Shown: positions 13,549 through 16,611 of the stretch, in pieces
How positions within the stretch are numbered: the first letter of the stretch is position 1
How the letters are laid out: the number at the start of each line of letters is the position of its first letter
Source: a virus
DNA: 16,611 bases
Virus genome (UHGV): UHGV-0310400
Reading direction: 5' to 3' (one strand)
Position numbers and translations under genes: made by a program
The notes under the pieces: model-generated
Databases searched by the model: none
What the model saw: only the letters and a program-made list of their open reading frames with translations
Told to the model about the DNA's origin: nothing

Positions 13549-16019
13549 CAGAATCCCCCAACAGTAAGGCGAGGAATAACGGCAAGAACAGACAGCGGCA
13601 ACGGGTCAAGCTGACGGATTTTTACACGTCCGTTTTTGCCCCAGTTACTGTCCAGTTTCACTTCTACTTTTCCGGTAGCATCATCAACAGGATCATCGTA
13701 GAACTCGAATTCACGCTGTGGATATTCGTACCATTTGCCGCCGGGCGTAGTCGCCCAGATGCCGCGACTGGCATTCACAACCAGAGTAACGGACGGGATC
13801 ACCTGTTTTTTGTCCAGCAGCGTTTCCTGTCCGTTAATGTTGATATCCAGTGTTTCGAATTCAGCAGTTATTGGCAGGCCGATGTGCACAACAGCCCCAG
13901 GTGATTCCAGCGTGACGGCACCTCCGGAAACCACTTTCTGTGGTTCCACGTTCGCATCAGAGAGAATGTTTACGGTCTGGCCTTCAAGATGAGACAGGCC
14001 TCCAAATGTCCGGCGCGCCATCTGCCAGTTCGTGGTGGCCACATTCCTGAGGGATGGCGGGACGTTCCTGTTAGCACGAACCACTACTGCGGTATTGCTG
14101 GTTACAGAAATAATGTCGCAACGTAATTCTTTTGACACTTCATCGCCAGTATCAGGATCAGTTCCGGTATAAGGGAACTGTAGTTGCGCACCGACATCAC
14201 TACTGGTGAAGTACGCACCACCAGAAACACTGATTGTATATTCCTCGCGGTAATCCCATTCGCCAGAACCACCAGTGATGATCATCGTTCTGTCAGACGT
14301 ATTTCTTCCATCATAGCTAAGGCCAGAATCAACAAAGAAAGCATCTTCATCGCTGGTAAATAAACGGCTGGACAGTCGCTCGATGTATCTCACTGTTTGC
14401 CCGTTAACGGTTCGGTTAACGACGAAATACACCGCATCTTCATTGCCTTCGCTGATACTGCATGTGCTTTCATATTTTCCGGTACTGGATTGTGGTGCCC
14501 ATGCAAAAACCTGCTGATCACGCAAATAGGTCATCACCAGTAATTTACCGTCATCACGAATGCAGAAGGCGCTGGAGTAAGGGACAATAGAGAAGCACCA
14601 GTCAACAATGCTGTGCTTCTGAAAAAGATGATTGGCAAGGATGGTCAGGTCGTTCCCCTGATAGCCGTCAACATCGAATGAGTAGGCCAGATCACGGACA
14701 ACACTGCCTTTCTCCTGGACGAACAGAGCAATATTCGCCACGGCAATTGGTGGGACATTGCTCGAGCCATTTGATCCCTGAGAGCTGAATGCAAATGATG
14801 ATGGGGTAAGCACTTTGTTCTGGTCGCCGGTGATGACGTACTCACCTCCGGAAGTCAGCGCCACCAGCGAACCGACATCAATCAGGTGGCGGATCTCATT
14901 AACCTGACGCCCGGCATAGGTGTAGATAATTCTGTCGTCATCCTGCGTAGGATTGCTTTTGCCAAAATCCTTATAATCCCCGGTACGGCTGACCCAGATA
15001 GTCTGAGGGAACGCAGTCGATGCGGCGAAGTAAAGACGTTGTTGATAATAAACAACAGTGCCAGGATAACCATTAACACTGTTCCAGGCATATTTAGCCC
15101 ATTTATAGCTGGCATTATCCTCGCCAACTACCTGCGAAGGGATATAGGAAATCACCTCGGCAGTTGCAGTAGTTCCATTTGCAGCAGTGATACGGGCAAT
15201 GCCAAAACCACTGTGCAGATATTCCCACTCAATGCCAGTATCATCATCACCGGATCCGCCCCAGCCATCCCATGATGTGCCTTCTGTATGCGAAGGGCGC
15301 AAAGTGCCTGTTTTGCCTACTGTAACGGCGCGATAGTAGTTACTGTCTGCACGGCGAATATCGCCAATTGACGTACTCTTACTGGTTTCCCATACCGGCA
15401 CAGAATCCACTGCAGGCTGTTCCAGATAGAACAATTTGCCTACCTGCTCCGCGCCAAAAATAGAGGCGCTTGCCGTTAACGTAATTGTCCCGGTGCTGGC
15501 GCTGGCATAAACCGTCACTGACTCGTCAATATTGATATCTTCAAATGGTCCGTTCTTCGTTACCACATCAACCAGTTGCCAGTTGTCATGCGCATAGCGA
15601 CGCAACTCTTTCGGCGGGTATGCCGGATGAACAAGCGTAAGCACGTCGGCGCTTTGCGTGAATTTAATTCGGAACAGATCGGCTTCAGTATATGGCGTGG
15701 CAATTTCATAAATAACATTGCTGCTGTTCAGCACCAACGCACCATCTTTGATAACGCGCATGTACTGGTGTCCGAACTCCAGAGCATAGGTCTGAACCGT
15801 CGAGAACTGGAACGGGATCAGGCGGCATTTCCGATTTGGGTATTTGGCGGCACCGACAAAACGCGTACCAGGTCGATTCTCAACGCCGCCATACTGCCGC
15901 ACGATAAAGTTATCGCACTTGCGCAATGCCACCTGGTACTTCGCCATGTCAATACGCCCGTACAACGACGGTCCAATCTCACCACCGGCAAAGCTGGGCT
16001 GGATCCAACTGATAGCCAT
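13548..16019 (-). CDS. Tail tubular protein B-like (T7 gp12 position)
   Basis: 823-aa ORF, comparable to T7 gp12 (794 aa), immediately downstream of the gp11-like gene with a TGATG stop/start overlap. Assignment by size and synteny. Confidence 0.55.
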   Translation of the reverse strand: MAISWIQPSFAGGEIGPSLYGRIDMAKYQVALRKCDNFIVRQYGGVENRPGTRFVGAAKYPNRKCRLIPFQFSTVQTYALEFGHQYMRVIKDGALVLNSSNVIYEIATPYTEADLFRIKFTQSADVLTLVHPAYPPKELRRYAHDNWQLVDVVTKNGPFEDINIDESVTVYASASTGTITLTASASIFGAEQVGKLFYLEQPAVDSVPVWETSKSTSIGDIRRADSNYYRAVTVGKTGTLRPSHTEGTSWDGWGGSGDDDTGIEWEYLHSGFGIARITAANGTTATAEVISYIPSQVVGEDNASYKWAKYAWNSVNGYPGTVVYYQQRLYFAASTAFPQTIWVSRTGDYKDFGKSNPTQDDDRIIYTYAGRQVNEIRHLIDVGSLVALTSGGEYVITGDQNKVLTPSSFAFSSQGSNGSSNVPPIAVANIALFVQEKGSVVRDLAYSFDVDGYQGNDLTILANHLFQKHSIVDWCFSIVPYSSAFCIRDDGKLLVMTYLRDQQVFAWAPQSSTGKYESTCSISEGNEDAVYFVVNRTVNGQTVRYIERLSSRLFTSDEDAFFVDSGLSYDGRNTSDRTMIITGGSGEWDYREEYTISVSGGAYFTSSDVGAQLQFPYTGTDPDTGDEVSKELRCDIISVTSNTAVVVRANRNVPPSLRNVATTNWQMARRTFGGLSHLEGQTVNILSDANVEPQKVVSGGAVTLESPGAVVHIGLPITAEFETLDININGQETLLDKKQVIPSVTLVVNASRGIWATTPGGKWYEYPQREFEFYDDPVDDATGKVEVKLDSNWGKNGRVKIRQLDPLPLSVLAVIPRLTVGGF

Positions 16020-16611
16020 CAGGACAACCTCGCAATGGTAAACTCGTCAACCGGTGGCTGTGGTTCCTGTGATTCATTCTGGCTATGCGAGCCAGCACTA
16101 AGAATCACGCGATTGTACATATTGAGAGCAAATGTACCGAGGTCTGCATTCCCAGTCAGCGCCATGTTAATAGCTGCCGCAAGACGCCAGGCCAACGCCT
16201 CCATAAAAATGGCATCAAACATGTTCACATCTGTAACGCGAGAGACATACTTGAGCCATGCCTGAGGCTGGTCTGTGTAGATCAACTTTCCTGTTCCGTT
16301 GGTGTCTGCACCAACTTCGTACTGAACGCGCATTGCTGCTGTTGGATTGCGTACACCAGGAAGCATAATTTCAGTAATGCGCAGACAATCTGACGGGTAC
16401 TGGTACGCATATTCCCAGTCAGGCGGTGGATTGCTCGTATCTGCAAGCGCCACGCGTTTGGTAGCAAAGTTCCAGTCAAAATCAGAAAGCACAGCATCAC
16501 GGCAGGCCTCAAAGTGCAGCGAACATTCCCCCGCTTCCTTGCTGGCTTCCGTCAGGCTGTTAATACTGCGGCTGTTGCCAATATTGGACAGCGCACGATT
16601 GCAGATCTCTA
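16019..16611 (-). CDS. Tail tubular protein A-like (T7 gp11 family), partial; N-terminus lies beyond the window end
   Basis: The frame stays open from the GTG at 16492 up to 16611. The upstream translation ..EICNRALSNIGNSRSINSLTEASKEAGE...AVLSDFDWNF resembles, from memory, the T7 gp11 N-terminal region (..VNDILASIGEPPVSTLEGD...RGWTFN). Confidence 0.6.
   Translation of the reverse strand, partial: EICNRALSNIGNSRSINSLTEASKEAGECSLHFEACRDAVLSDFDWNFATKRVALADTSNPPPDWEYAYQYPSDCLRITEIMLPGVRNPTAAMRVQYEVGADTNGTGKLIYTDQPQAWLKYVSRVTDVNMFDAIFMEALAWRLAAAINMALTGNADLGTFALNMYNRVILSAGSHSQNESQEPQPPVDEFTIARLS

Noticed and set aside
6399-15275. Many 60-130-aa ORFs on the plus strand, and out-of-frame minus-strand ORFs, inside the large virion genes (for example 6573-6857, 7862-8113, 9117-9311, 10442-10723, 13735-13992, 14886-15275).
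   Set aside because: They lie wholly within long, tightly coupled minus-strand genes, have no RBS context and are typical shadow ORFs.
15576-16265. 229-aa plus-strand ORF overlapping the gp12-like and gp11-like genes.
   Set aside because: It is antisense to two coupled structural genes with strong coding continuity; its length is explained by codon bias on the opposite strand.
1-16611. Search for CRISPR arrays, tRNA or rRNA genes, integrase and att sites.
   Set aside because: No direct-repeat and spacer periodicity, no tRNA-like cloverleaf candidates and no tyrosine or serine recombinase-like ORF were seen in this window.

Overview
This window reads as a prophage late (virion) region with an inserted accessory and regulatory island, cut at its left edge by an insertion sequence. 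All calls rest on reading the sequence and ORF translations by eye; no database search was run. Minus strand 6373-16611 carries a tightly coupled T7-type tail and ejection module in canonical order (gp11-like partial, gp12-like 823 aa, gp13-position 154 aa, gp14-position 191 aa, gp15-position 915 aa, gp16-position 1129 aa). The gp17-position tail fibre/tailspike gene (110-1384, minus) is separated from that module by about 5 kb and is truncated at 140/141 by an IS903-group (IS5 family) element running off the window start. The island between them holds: an AT-rich secreted-protein gene coupled to the last virion gene (5520-6371); an operator-controlled operon of a 69-aa ORF plus two AT-rich membrane proteins (3810-5411), which is the best candidate for an undescribed exclusion or defence system; a Bro-N antirepressor with a long structured leader (2986-3696); a membrane-anchored protein with tandem zinc-ribbon-like repeats (1860-2588); and a small gene with a near-consensus LexA box that is paralogous to the antirepressor C-terminal domain (1580-1837). 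A 17-bp dyad ATTACC-N5-GGTAA(T/A) occurs four times in the island's intergenic regions. No tRNA, rRNA, CRISPR array, integrase or att site was seen.
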